Shown one piece after another: positions 1 to 9,152 of a stretch of DNA of 64,000 nt. How positions within the stretch are numbered: position 1 is the first letter of the stretch; each line of letters starts with the position of its first letter. Source of the stretch: Desulfatiglandales bacterium (GTDB lineage Bacteria; Desulfobacterota; DSM-4660; Desulfatiglandales; Desulfatiglandaceae); assembly GCA_963662465.1 (NCBI GenBank), contig OY759599.1, positions 896,001 to 960,000 of the forward strand. The letters run 5' to 3'. A model generated the notes under the pieces. It searched no databases. It was given only the letters and a program-made list of their open reading frames with translations, and was not told the DNA's origin. The position numbers and the translations under genes were made by a program.

Positions 1-273
1 AAGATGGATCATGGGAAAACCCTCAACGCGAGTCTGGTGGATTACAAGATGCCTCTGGCATCGGATATCCCCAATATAGAGGTTGTTGATATTATTGCGG
101 AAGATCCGGACGGCCCTTTCGGCGCCAAGGAAGCCTCGGAAGGGGCCATCGTCAGCGTGCCTCCCTCCATTTTTACGGCGGTTCACGATGCCACCGGCAT
201 ATGGTTTAAGGAGCAGCCTCTGACGCCCGAGAAGATTGCCATGGCCTTGCGGGAAAAGAAAAAAAACGGATGA
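1..273 (+). CDS. Xanthine dehydrogenase-family molybdopterin-binding subunit, C-terminal part (truncated by window start)
   Basis: LVDYKMP...GPFGAKEASEG...AVHDATG...PLTPEKI is the typical C-terminus of XDH/CoxL/4-hydroxybenzoyl-CoA reductase large subunits. Confidence 0.85.
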   Translation, partial: KMDHGKTLNASLVDYKMPLASDIPNIEVVDIIAEDPDGPFGAKEASEGAIVSVPPSIFTAVHDATGIWFKEQPLTPEKIAMALREKKKNG

Positions 274-309
274 ATCCGGAAGGAACCTGAAAATAAAGGA
301 GAAGCCTCA

Positions 310-1830
310 ATGGAAGTGTATCCCTGGTGGACGGATGAACAGAAGGCCTTTCAGGAAGAGATGACGGCCTTTGTGGAAGAGATGATGCCGCGTGATGCGG
401 AAACCCGGTGGAAACGGGAGTTTCCCTGGGATATTTTTAAAACCATTGGTGAAAAGGGGTATACGGGCGCCGGCGTGCCAAAGGAATATGGCGGCATGGG
501 CATGGGCGCTACCGGGGCCTGCATTGCGGCGGCGGCCATGAATCGCATTCCGGGTCCGGGCCGGATTTATGTGGGCAATATGCTGGGCGGTTTGCGGCAG
601 ATCATTGAATTCGGCAATGAAGAACAGAAGAAACGCTTTCTTCCCAGGATTGCAAAAGGAGAGATCGGCGCCATCGTTATCACCGAACCGGTTGCGGGCA
701 CCGATGCCGCGGCCCAGGCCACCATGGCCCGACGGGATGGCGACGAATATGTGTTGAATGGCAAGAAACGCTACATTGTCTCGGCGGGCGTTGCGGACCG
801 ATACATGGTCTATGCCAGGACCAGTAATGACCCGGAAGACCGGCGCAAATACCGTCACCTCACGGCCTTCATTGTTGAAAAAGGGAGTCCTGGATTCAGC
901 GTGGAGAAACTCAATGAAGTCATTGGCTTTGAGAATATTCAAAATGGGGCTCTGGATTTCAAAGATGTTCGGGTTCCCGCATCCAATATGCTGGGCGAGG
1001 AAGGGCAGGGCTGGTCCGTGATGACGGCGGGTCTCAATTTTGAACGGACCCTCATTTGCGCCCAGACCGCCGGATGGATGGAAGAACTGCTTCGAAACAC
1101 GGTTCCCTATTGTCAGCGCCGGGTGCAGTTCGGAAAACCCACCATCAGTTTTGTGAACAACCGGTTCAAAGTAGCCGATCTGGTGAGCCGGTTAAAAATC
1201 GCCAGGCTCCTGACCTTTTATACGGCTTATTTATGGGATCTGGGCTGGGATATTACGTTGGAATCCAATATGGCCAAGGTCTATAACGCTGAGGGAGTCA
1301 TGGCATCGAGCCTCGATGCCATACAGGTCATGGGCGGGGACGGGCTTACGCCCTTTTACCCCCTTTCGGCCATCATGCATGTGGCTAAGGTGGAAAACAT
1401 CGCGGGCGGCACCATGGAGGCCTGCAGAATGGTGATTCACCGGACCGCCATGAGACAGATGGCCTCTGAGCTTAAGCAGCCCCGGCGCGTGATTCATGAG
1501 GAACTGGGCGTTCCCGTGCCGGTCGCGGGGGATCCCGAAAAAGCGCGTCAGGTGGACGAGATGAGCCTCCTGAAGGTATTGGCCGAGGACTATCGGGTCA
1601 ATCCCGGTCTCCACATGAACCGGGAAGATTTGTTGCTTTATTTTGATGTGGACGATCAAAGCCTGGATGACGTGCTGCTGGCCCTGGAGGAGAAAGGGTG
1701 GGTTCAGTTGAATCGGGATAAAAAGGGGATTGCCCTGGTCAAGGCTACCTATGACGGACTGGGTCAGGCTTTCCCCCTGGATCACTACAAGTGGTTTCCC
1801 GCCTGGGCCACCGAGGACAGAATCTTCTAA
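310..1830 (+). CDS. Acyl-CoA dehydrogenase with a ~110 aa C-terminal extension
   Basis: ITEPVAGTD, LNGKKRYI, RVQFGKP, AIQVMGGDG and IAGGT motifs; 506 aa versus ~385 aa typical. Confidence 0.9.
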   Translation: MEVYPWWTDEQKAFQEEMTAFVEEMMPRDAETRWKREFPWDIFKTIGEKGYTGAGVPKEYGGMGMGATGACIAAAAMNRIPGPGRIYVGNMLGGLRQIIEFGNEEQKKRFLPRIAKGEIGAIVITEPVAGTDAAAQATMARRDGDEYVLNGKKRYIVSAGVADRYMVYARTSNDPEDRRKYRHLTAFIVEKGSPGFSVEKLNEVIGFENIQNGALDFKDVRVPASNMLGEEGQGWSVMTAGLNFERTLICAQTAGWMEELLRNTVPYCQRRVQFGKPTISFVNNRFKVADLVSRLKIARLLTFYTAYLWDLGWDITLESNMAKVYNAEGVMASSLDAIQVMGGDGLTPFYPLSAIMHVAKVENIAGGTMEACRMVIHRTAMRQMASELKQPRRVIHEELGVPVPVAGDPEKARQVDEMSLLKVLAEDYRVNPGLHMNREDLLLYFDVDDQSLDDVLLALEEKGWVQLNRDKKGIALVKATYDGLGQAFPLDHYKWFPAWATEDRIF

Positions 1831-1976
1831 AGATACTCGCTGAAATTGCAATGGATGCAGAGCAAAGTTCGATTAGGCCGCAGTTGCTGAAAGACCTGAA
1901 AGAGTACAATGTGAAGATCCGAACTGTAAGGGAGGTGATTCGGGAGATCAAGTCACATGATGAGATGAGGGGATAA
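1831..1976 (+). pseudogene. Possible short remnant of a FAD-dependent (OYE/FadH-type) oxidoreductase C-terminal domain
   Basis: ILAEIAMDAEQSSIRPQLLKDLKEYNVKI resembles the E-I-A-x-D...LLxxLxxxGVxI segment of such enzymes; no proper start. Confidence 0.3.
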
Positions 1977-2032
1977 CGCGTTCAAAGAGAAAACTTGTGG
2001 TTCACAACCAGGTTCAAGGAAGGAGATTTGAA

Positions 2033-3046
2033 ATGAAAAAGGCATTATGGCTGGCAGTGGCTGTTTTCTTTGTGATGGGGTTTGCGGCGACCCATGCGCA
2101 GAGCGGTCCCATCGTTATCAAGGCGTTAACGGCGTTTCCGAAAAATCACTTGAACAATGATCCGGTTCCTATTTTTATTCAGAAGGTCAACGAGCGGGCC
2201 AAGGGACGGCTGAAGATTGACTGGATTGGGGGTCCCGAGGTCATCAAAACCTTCGACCAGATCCATGCCCTCAAGGCCGGCACCATCGATATGATTTTGT
2301 ATTACCCCTTCGGCTATATGAAGCCGGTGATGCCCGAAGCATGGGCCAAGGGATTGACGCTTTTGGCGGAATGGGAAGAGCGAAAAACCGGTCTTTATGA
2401 TCTGTGGTGCGAGATCTTTGCCAAAAGGGTGAATGCCAAGTATCTGGGAAGATTGCACAGCCTGGTTCCCTTCACGGTTTTTTCCAATAAAAAAATCACC
2501 AAGGTGGAAGATTTCAAGGGCTTGAAGATGCGCGTCATGCCGCTCTATATCCCCGCCCTGAAGGCATTGGGTGCGACGCCTGTCACCATTCCCCCCACGG
2601 AAATCTATACGGCCATGGAGCGCGGCGTAGTGGATGGCTTCATGTGGCCCAATGTGGGCATGATCAGCTGGGGGTTGCAGGAAGTCACCAAGTATCAAAT
2701 GAAACCCGGCGTTTTCGCTATGGAACCGGCTACCATGATCAATCTGGACAAGTGGAACAAAATCCCCAAGGACTTGCAGGAAATGATCATGGAGGTGATG
2801 AAGGACACGGAATATATCGCCACCATGCGCACCATCATGATTGAAAAGAAAGAAGAGGCCGTCAGAAAGGCCGCCGGCATGGAAATCATTACGCTATCGC
2901 CCGAAGAGGCCCAGAAATTTCTGACCATCTGTTATGACAAAACCTGGGAATATGTGACGGGAATGGCCCCTGAGTATGGTCCTAAATTGAAGGAATTGTC
3001 TTCCCCCAAGGCATTGCCTAAGGGAAGTTTCCCCTGGCAGCAGTAG
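2033..3046 (+). CDS. dctP: TRAP transporter substrate-binding protein
   Basis: Signal peptide, DFKGLKMRV and EIYTAMERGVVDG motifs; AGGAG RBS; followed by dctQM. Confidence 0.92.
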   Translation: MKKALWLAVAVFFVMGFAATHAQSGPIVIKALTAFPKNHLNNDPVPIFIQKVNERAKGRLKIDWIGGPEVIKTFDQIHALKAGTIDMILYYPFGYMKPVMPEAWAKGLTLLAEWEERKTGLYDLWCEIFAKRVNAKYLGRLHSLVPFTVFSNKKITKVEDFKGLKMRVMPLYIPALKALGATPVTIPPTEIYTAMERGVVDGFMWPNVGMISWGLQEVTKYQMKPGVFAMEPATMINLDKWNKIPKDLQEMIMEVMKDTEYIATMRTIMIEKKEEAVRKAAGMEIITLSPEEAQKFLTICYDKTWEYVTGMAPEYGPKLKELSSPKALPKGSFPWQQ

Positions 3047-3133
3047 GGACGTTGTCCAACGGACCTGAAAAGGTCCCGAAACAGGCGGAATACGGGACGT
3101 TCTTTCTTTTGGGCTGAATTACCGTTTCGGCCG

Positions 3134-3161
3134 GTAGGGGCGAAGAATTTTTCGCCCCTGC
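3134..3161 (+). repeat. REP-like palindrome GTAGGGGCGAAGAATTTTTCGCCCCTGC
   Basis: GTAG tetranucleotide followed by a GGGCGAA/TTCGCCC hairpin, intergenic between dctP and dctQ. Confidence 0.65.
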
Positions 3162-3197
3162 TTTTAATGAGGCATGATGGGTTGTTGAGGGATTGAG

Positions 3198-3689
3198 ATG
3201 AAGAGAAAAGGGCTTTTTGACCGGTTAATCGATTCCATGGCCTTCCTGGCCGGCATACTCCTTGTGGGGGCTGTGCTGATCGTATCACTTGAAATCTGCA
3301 TGCGCTACTTTTTTCAAAAGCCGCAGATATGGACGGTGGAGGTATGCGAATTTATCCTGTTTATTTTGACCTTCCTGGGAGCGCCGTGGCTTCTAAAAAA
3401 AGGAGGACACGCCAGCGTCGACATCCTGGTGGAAAGGATGAGTCCCGTGCCGAAGCGGTATGCCGGCCTTTTCGCAAGCGCCGTAGGAATGCTGGTGTCC
3501 CTGGTGCTTGTCTGGTTCAGCCTGGCCACCAGCTGGCAATGCTACGCCGACGGCGTGGTGCTGACTAAAACCCTCACGGTTTCCAAATACTATTTTCTGC
3601 TGTTTATTGCCCTGGGCTATTTTTGTCTTCTGATTGAATTCGGCAGGCAATTCATTCGGCTTTTCAGGCATGGCAAGGAGGTCTCCTGA
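3198..3689 (+). CDS. dctQ: TRAP transporter small permease
   Basis: 163 aa, about 4 TM helices, RYFF..P..W..E and GGHASVD motifs. Confidence 0.9.
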   Translation: MKRKGLFDRLIDSMAFLAGILLVGAVLIVSLEICMRYFFQKPQIWTVEVCEFILFILTFLGAPWLLKKGGHASVDILVERMSPVPKRYAGLFASAVGMLVSLVLVWFSLATSWQCYADGVVLTKTLTVSKYYFLLFIALGYFCLLIEFGRQFIRLFRHGKEVS

Positions 3690-5002
3690 TGGAATGGTGG
3701 GTTCCGCTTCTTTTTATTGTCGGCATCTTTCTGGTGCTTCTGGCGGTTGGTCTTCCCGTATTTCTGGCGTTCACTGTGGTGGATGTTCTGGGGATTTATT
3801 TTCTATGGGGGGGCAGCGCCGGTTTAAGCCAGCTCATTCACTCCATTTTTTCCTCCATTAGCAGTTTTGTGCTATTGCCGGTGCCGCTTTTTGTACTTAT
3901 GGGGGAGTTGCTGTTTCAATCCGGCGTCTTTGTTCGGGCCCTCGACACCCTGGACAAATGGATGGGGCGTCTGCCGGGCCGGTTGTGCATCCTCAGCGTG
4001 GGCGGGGGAACGCTTTTTTCAACGTTGAGCGGCTCCAGCATGGGCACCTCCGCCATGCTGGGTTCCCTGCTGCTTCCCGAGATGGAAAAAAGGGGATATC
4101 ATAAGACCATCGCCATTGGGTCTTGCATGAGCGGGGCTCTTGCCATGATTATCCCCCCCAGCGCCCTGGCAGTGATCATGGGAAGTCTGATGGAGGTTTC
4201 CATCGGGAAACTGCTCATATCCGGCGTGGTCCCCGGCCTTCTTATGGCGGCGATGTATACCTCCTATATTGTGATTCGGTGTACGGTTCAGCCGAGTCTC
4301 GCGCCGGACTACTCTCCTGAACAAACACCCTGGTCTGAAAAAATAAGCGCTTTTGTGAAGCACGTACTGCCCTTCGGCACCATTATTTTTGTGGTGACGG
4401 GCCTTATCTTTGCCGGTCTGGCAACGCCCACGGAATCCGCGGGGATGGGGGTCGTGGCAACAGCCGCGGTGGTGGCGGCCTATAGACGGTTATCGATTGA
4501 CATTATTCGTAAATCCGTGGAATCCACCCTGCGCATTACAGTGATGATGTTCATGATTCTTACAGGCTCCACCGCTTTCAGTCAGATCCTGGCCTTTACG
4601 GGCGCCAGCCGCGGCCTGGTGGAACTGGTGGTGAGTTTTCCCTTTCCGGATATCATGATCGTCGGCGTCATGCAGCTTCTGATGATCATCCTGGGAACCT
4701 TCATGGAGCCTGTTTCCATTATGATGATCACCTTTCCCGTGTACATGCCCATCGTGAATGCCTTCGGCTTCGACCCCATATGGTTTGGCCTGCTCACCCT
4801 GATCAACATGGAAATCGGCATGAAAACGCCGCCTTTCGGGATGGTCCTCTTTGTGATGAAGGGGGTGGTGCCGCCCAAGACCACTATGATGGATATTTAT
4901 CGGTCGGTGACGCCTTTTGTGACCATTGATATGGCAGCCATGCTGTTGATCATGATTTTCCCCGCTATTGCCACTGTGTTGCCAAACTTGATGAAGTATT
5001 AG
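3689..5002 (+). CDS. dctM: TRAP transporter large permease
   Basis: PLFVLMGE, IIPPS, TPTES and TPPFG motifs; overlaps the dctQ stop. Confidence 0.93.
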   Translation: MEWWVPLLFIVGIFLVLLAVGLPVFLAFTVVDVLGIYFLWGGSAGLSQLIHSIFSSISSFVLLPVPLFVLMGELLFQSGVFVRALDTLDKWMGRLPGRLCILSVGGGTLFSTLSGSSMGTSAMLGSLLLPEMEKRGYHKTIAIGSCMSGALAMIIPPSALAVIMGSLMEVSIGKLLISGVVPGLLMAAMYTSYIVIRCTVQPSLAPDYSPEQTPWSEKISAFVKHVLPFGTIIFVVTGLIFAGLATPTESAGMGVVATAAVVAAYRRLSIDIIRKSVESTLRITVMMFMILTGSTAFSQILAFTGASRGLVELVVSFPFPDIMIVGVMQLLMIILGTFMEPVSIMMITFPVYMPIVNAFGFDPIWFGLLTLINMEIGMKTPPFGMVLFVMKGVVPPKTTMMDIYRSVTPFVTIDMAAMLLIMIFPAIATVLPNLMKY

Positions 5003-5129
5003 CGACATTCTTTACTGGTAAACGGACATTCGCCTGAACATTCATCGCAAAAACGCCTATAAAATTGAAATCGTCGGAACCCTGGTCAAAAGGGCGTTTT
5101 TTGGTGGCGATAAAAAAGGAGACATAAGA

Positions 5130-5615
5130 ATGATCGACAGATTGGGAGGAAAGAGAGTTCTCATCGTGGATGATGAGCCGGATGTGTTGGAAACGCTTTC
5201 AGAGCTTCTCTTTATGTGTCATGTGGTTGAAGCTGCCACTTTTGAGAAGGCAAAGGAAAAGTTGGAAAGCGAGCGTTTTGATATGACCATTTTAGACATT
5301 ATGGGCGTGGATGGATATACATTGCTTGAGATTGCCAACCAGAAAAAGGTGATTGCCGTGATGCTGACCGCCCATGCCTTGAGTGTAAAGGACACGGTCA
5401 AATCCTTTAAGGGAGGCGCCGCCTCTTACGTCCCAAAAGAAGAGATGATGAATATCACAGTCTTTTTAAATGATATTCTGGAGGCTCATGAAAAGGGCAA
5501 GAGCGGCATGGGCCGATGGTTCGATCGGTTGGCGTCCTATTATGACAAAAGATTTGGCCCCGACTGGAAAAATGAAGACAAGGAATTCTGGGAAAAATTC
5601 AAATGTTGGATGTGA
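5130..5615 (+). CDS. Stand-alone response regulator receiver protein
   Basis: VLIVDDE, LDIMGVDG, MLTAH and YVPK motifs; short Trp-rich tail; no DNA-binding domain. Confidence 0.85.
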   Translation: MIDRLGGKRVLIVDDEPDVLETLSELLFMCHVVEAATFEKAKEKLESERFDMTILDIMGVDGYTLLEIANQKKVIAVMLTAHALSVKDTVKSFKGGAASYVPKEEMMNITVFLNDILEAHEKGKSGMGRWFDRLASYYDKRFGPDWKNEDKEFWEKFKCWM

Positions 5616-5648
5616 GAGAATCTGAATTACAGGGTCATTACATCAAGG

Positions 5649-5682
5649 GGCGTTACGCGAAAAAGCGTAGCGCCATTTTTTT
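5649..5682 (+). terminator. Rho-independent terminator
   Basis: GGCGTTACGC-GAAAAA-GCGTAGCGCC stem followed by ATTTTTTT. Confidence 0.7.
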
Positions 5683-5685
5683 GTA

Positions 5686-5727
5686 TTGACAGGCCGGAGA
5701 AGAAGTATTATTAGCCAACCGTTTGGC
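5686..5727 (+). promoter_or_regulatory. Sigma70-type promoter and putative TetR operator
   Basis: TTGACA at 5686, TATTAT/TATTAG at 5706-5714, near-palindrome GCCAACCGTTTGGC at 5714-5727 just before tetR. Confidence 0.5.
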
Positions 5728-5737
5728 AGGTAAAGAT

Positions 5738-6316
5738 ATGGATAGAGAAGATCGATTAGAAAAAATATACGAGAAGGCGCTGGAATTGTTTGTGGCCAAT
5801 GGTTACGACCAGACCGCATTGTCCCACATCGCAAAAGCCCTGGGACTGACGAAAGCTGGCCTTTATCATTATTTCAACAGCAAGGAAGATCTCCTGTTTT
5901 TTATTCATGAACGACACATGAAGCGGGTTTTCATCCCCATCCTTGAAGCGGCTGAAAAAATTTCCGATCCCGAAGAACGGATTGTCTATTTTATTAAGAA
6001 TTACACCCTGAAAGCCATGACCCGAGATGCTTCAGCCCGTGTCCTTGTCCATGAGACCCACAATCTGAAAATGGAAAACCGGGAAAAGATAAACGCTGTG
6101 TGGCGAAAAGGATTAGATTTCATCCGGGATAGCCTTTCCGAGATGGAGAGCCAGGGAAAGGTGCTGAACATCAACAAAACTTTTGCCGCTTTTGCGTTGA
6201 TCGGGATGTGCAGTTGGACGTTTTACTGGTTTGATTATGAGCAGCAAGCGTCCGGTGAGGAACTTGCGGACACCTATGAAAGGATCTTTTTGAAAGGCGT
6301 ATTAAATACGCTTTAA
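5738..6316 (+). CDS. TetR/AcrR family transcriptional regulator
   Basis: ALELFVANGYDQT..IAKALGLTKAGLYHYFNSKEDLL HTH. Confidence 0.93.
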   Translation: MDREDRLEKIYEKALELFVANGYDQTALSHIAKALGLTKAGLYHYFNSKEDLLFFIHERHMKRVFIPILEAAEKISDPEERIVYFIKNYTLKAMTRDASARVLVHETHNLKMENREKINAVWRKGLDFIRDSLSEMESQGKVLNINKTFAAFALIGMCSWTFYWFDYEQQASGEELADTYERIFLKGVLNTL

Positions 6317-6385
6317 AAAAGGCACAGAAAGAAAAGGAAATTTTTTTGATCATAAAAACGACCGTGCGGCAGGTTAGGAGGAGAG

Positions 6386-7046
6386 ATGCATGACAAAATT
6401 CCAAGGAACTGTCCCGTTACGCCATCGGCACCTATGGCGACATCATTTATCGAAACGCACTGCTTTATCCGGAAAATACCGCCTTTAAATGCGGACCGGA
6501 AAGTCTCACCTTTTCTCAATTCAATGAGCGCGTCAACCGGCTGATTCACGCTTTAAAATCGCATGGGGGCAAAAAAGGGATGTGCTTGGGATCCTGGCCT
6601 GGAATTGTCTTGAGTTCACTGAGGTTTACGGGGCCGCCATGAAGGGTGGTTTTATTGCTTCGCCCCTGAACGCCCGGTTGCAGGCGGATGAACTGGACTA
6701 TCTGATCAACTATTCCGAGACCCATACCCTCTTTCTTTCGGCCATCATGCATGTGGCCAAGGTGGAAAACATCGCGGGCGGCACCATGGAGGCTTGCAGA
6801 ATGGTGATTCACCTGACCGCCATGAGACAGATGGCCTCTGCGCTTAAGCAGCCCCGGCGCGTGATTCATGACTTGGGCGTTTCCGTGCCGGCCACGGGAG
6901 ATCCCGAAAAAGCGAGTCAGGTGGACGAGATGAGCCTCCTGAAGATATTGGCCGAGGACTATCGGGTCAATCCCGGTCTCCACATGAACCGGGAAGATCT
7001 GTACAAATGGTTTCCCGCCTGGGCTACTGAAGACAGGATTTTCTAA
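6386..7046 (+). pseudogene. Chimeric pseudogene: frameshifted acyl-CoA ligase 5' end fused to two pieces of the upstream acyl-CoA dehydrogenase 3' end
   Basis: GDIIYRNALLYP...TFSQFNERVNRL...GDVLGILAWN...PLNARL with frameshifts; 6735-7046 is a diverged copy of 1363-1630 joined to ~1786-1830. Confidence 0.85.
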
Positions 7047-7065
7047 TCCTTCATAATCGAATTTA

Positions 7066-7100
7066 ACGTTCGTTCCTGCGGGTTGTTTGGGAACGAACGT
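7066..7100. terminator. Hairpin between convergent genes, probable bidirectional terminator
   Basis: ACGTTCGTTCC...GGAACGAACGT 11-bp inverted repeat. Confidence 0.55.
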
Positions 7101-7108
7101 CAATAGCC

Positions 7109-7732
7109 TTAGGGTTCCTCCCATAAATTCGTAGGGCTCAGGCCGTCAATGAGGTCGGGGGAATTGCCCTTTTTTTCAAGAAATTTGCCACCGAGGGTGA
7201 ACGGGCACATGGCCAGAAGATGAAAATCAAAGGTTTGAAGAAAGCGTTCCTGAAATTCGTCGCAGAGCTTGGTATTGGTACAGGCGAAAATAACGTCGCC
7301 GGTGCTGTAGTTCCAGATCATGTCGTAAGCCTTAGAACCGGGAATCGCTCTTTTAAGGAGGCGAAGTCTCACGCCTTCCTTGATGTCCGCACGTCGCCGT
7401 TTTGGCAGAAAATCCACATTTTCAGCGACCTTGATCTTTTCTTCGGCCTCCAGGCAGTACTCTTTGATGGCCGTTGCGGGAATTTTTCTTTCATCCACGC
7501 GAAGGGACATGGCGATGTAGGGCTCTTTGAGAAATTCAAGCTCCGAAAACCGGTTATCGAACATATTCATGATATTGACCCATCCCGCGGACCGTTCGTC
7601 CGTGGAAATATCCGTCAGACTTTTGAAGGCGTAACGGCCAACCCTGTCAGCCAGACCTTCCAGAAAATTTTCCGCGGGTTTGCCCTTTACCAGATACCTG
7701 GTAAAGCTTCCTGATCCGGTTATGAGACCCAT
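7109..7732 (-). CDS. rdgC: RdgC-family recombination-associated protein
   Basis: MGLITGSGSFTRY, ERSAGW, LRVDERKIPA, LLKRAIP and F..TF motifs. Confidence 0.7.
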   Translation of the reverse strand: MGLITGSGSFTRYLVKGKPAENFLEGLADRVGRYAFKSLTDISTDERSAGWVNIMNMFDNRFSELEFLKEPYIAMSLRVDERKIPATAIKEYCLEAEEKIKVAENVDFLPKRRRADIKEGVRLRLLKRAIPGSKAYDMIWNYSTGDVIFACTNTKLCDEFQERFLQTFDFHLLAMCPFTLGGKFLEKKGNSPDLIDGLSPTNLWEEP

Positions 7733-7840
7733 TTGTTTCCTCTCTCTTTTCTTCAAAAAACGTACCCTAGCAGAATCAGAATGGTAGTGTCAATGTCTGA
7801 ACGGGGAGCATGAATATTATCCGTTAATCCGGGTGATGTC

Positions 7841-8791
7841 TCAATACCCGAAAAATGCGGCAACATATTTGCTTGCCGTGAAGATGATGATAACGGCCAA
7901 CATCCACTTGATGACCTTGGCGGGTACAAATTTTTGGCAACGTGCTCCGAGGTACATCCCCGCCATTCCGCCGATTCCGAACAGGATTCCCAACAACCAA
8001 TCCGGTGTCACCGATACACCCGGATAAAACGGTGCTATGGCTTGATAGAACATAACGCCGGCAATAGATGTGACAAAGGTTCCCATGAGGGCGGCGCCCG
8101 CTACGGTATAAACGGGCAGTCCGAAGAAAGTGACAAAAAACGGAGCGATAATCGAGCCGCCGCCGATGCCATAGATCCCTCCTACAATGCCGACAATGAA
8201 GCTGAGGGCGAAGATGCCCCAGAATGAAACGTCAAAGCTTTCGCCATAAAATGTGTAACCAAGCCGCTTTAAATTAAAATGGGTGACTTTAACGGTAGGC
8301 AACGGGATTTCCTGCCCCGCAGTCATTTCACGATGCCGACGCATTGCTTTTTGAAAGCGGTTTTCGCTGTTGGATTTTGTTGGGTCGCCTGAATTTTTCT
8401 TGACCAGATCCCGTATTATCTTTAGTCCGATATAGCTCAAGACGGCGGCGGCAAAGAGTTTGAAGTTCCTGGGATCAGGTAGATAACCCACTCGAACAAT
8501 AGCACCGATAAAAACCCCCGGCAAGGTGCCGGCTACGACGACCCAGGTCAGTGGCCACACCATTCTTCCTTCTTTCCAATAATGATAGACCCCACTTGGG
8601 ATGGCGACGATATTGAACAGCTGGTTGGTAGCGCTTACCGAAGGGTTTGTGTACCCGAGAAAAGACATTTGGAACGGCAAAAGCAAAAATGCCCCCGATA
8701 CTCCCCCCATGGAAGTGAAGAAAGAAATCACGAAAGCGACCAGGGGTGGAATCCAAAATGCGACTTCTATTCCAGCGGTTTCAAAAAGCAT
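7841..8791 (-). CDS. Sulfite exporter TauE/SafE family membrane protein
   Basis: GGVSGAFLLLP and GGIYGIGGGSIIAP repeats; multi-TM. Confidence 0.85.
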   Translation of the reverse strand: MLFETAGIEVAFWIPPLVAFVISFFTSMGGVSGAFLLLPFQMSFLGYTNPSVSATNQLFNIVAIPSGVYHYWKEGRMVWPLTWVVVAGTLPGVFIGAIVRVGYLPDPRNFKLFAAAVLSYIGLKIIRDLVKKNSGDPTKSNSENRFQKAMRRHREMTAGQEIPLPTVKVTHFNLKRLGYTFYGESFDVSFWGIFALSFIVGIVGGIYGIGGGSIIAPFFVTFFGLPVYTVAGAALMGTFVTSIAGVMFYQAIAPFYPGVSVTPDWLLGILFGIGGMAGMYLGARCQKFVPAKVIKWMLAVIIIFTASKYVAAFFGY

Positions 8792-8931
8792 AATGGTTTC
8801 CTCTGTATATGAATTAGGTGCTAACACGGGTTTTCCCCACAACCCAGTATCCTTACGCCGGTTCGAAGCTTTAGTCTCAAAACTCTAAGTCTTTTTAGTG
8901 TTATATGTCAAGACGCCGTGGGTCATTCTGG

Positions 8932-9036
8932 AATGTTGCGTCTTCGGCCCTAATGGTTTATAAGTTCCCGCGGAAGGCTATTTTGGAATGAAGAAAACCC
9001 TAAGGATTTTGATTTGAAAAAAATGCGGCTGTCCAA
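8932..9036 (+). repeat. Direct repeat copy 1 (promoter, RBS and TTG start also found at 17480-17590)
   Basis: 38 bp identical (AATGTTGCGTCTTCGGCCCTAATGGTTTATAAGTTCCC) then diverged similarity to GTCCAA; contains TTGCGT-N17-TATAAG. Confidence 0.85.
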
Positions 9037-9152
9037 CGGTCCGGCCCTGGTCATGGCGTCGATTAACGGGTAACCCCACTATGCAAGTTTCACCTGATGG
9101 ACATTCGGCATCAGTGACATATGGGCTTGGCAAAAGTCTTAAAGGCTGGTTT

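Noticed and set aside
6582..7046. Functional 154-aa fusion protein (likewise the 82-aa ORF at 49545)
   Set aside because: Made of truncated fragments with upstream frameshifts and lost catalytic residues; best read as pseudogene debris
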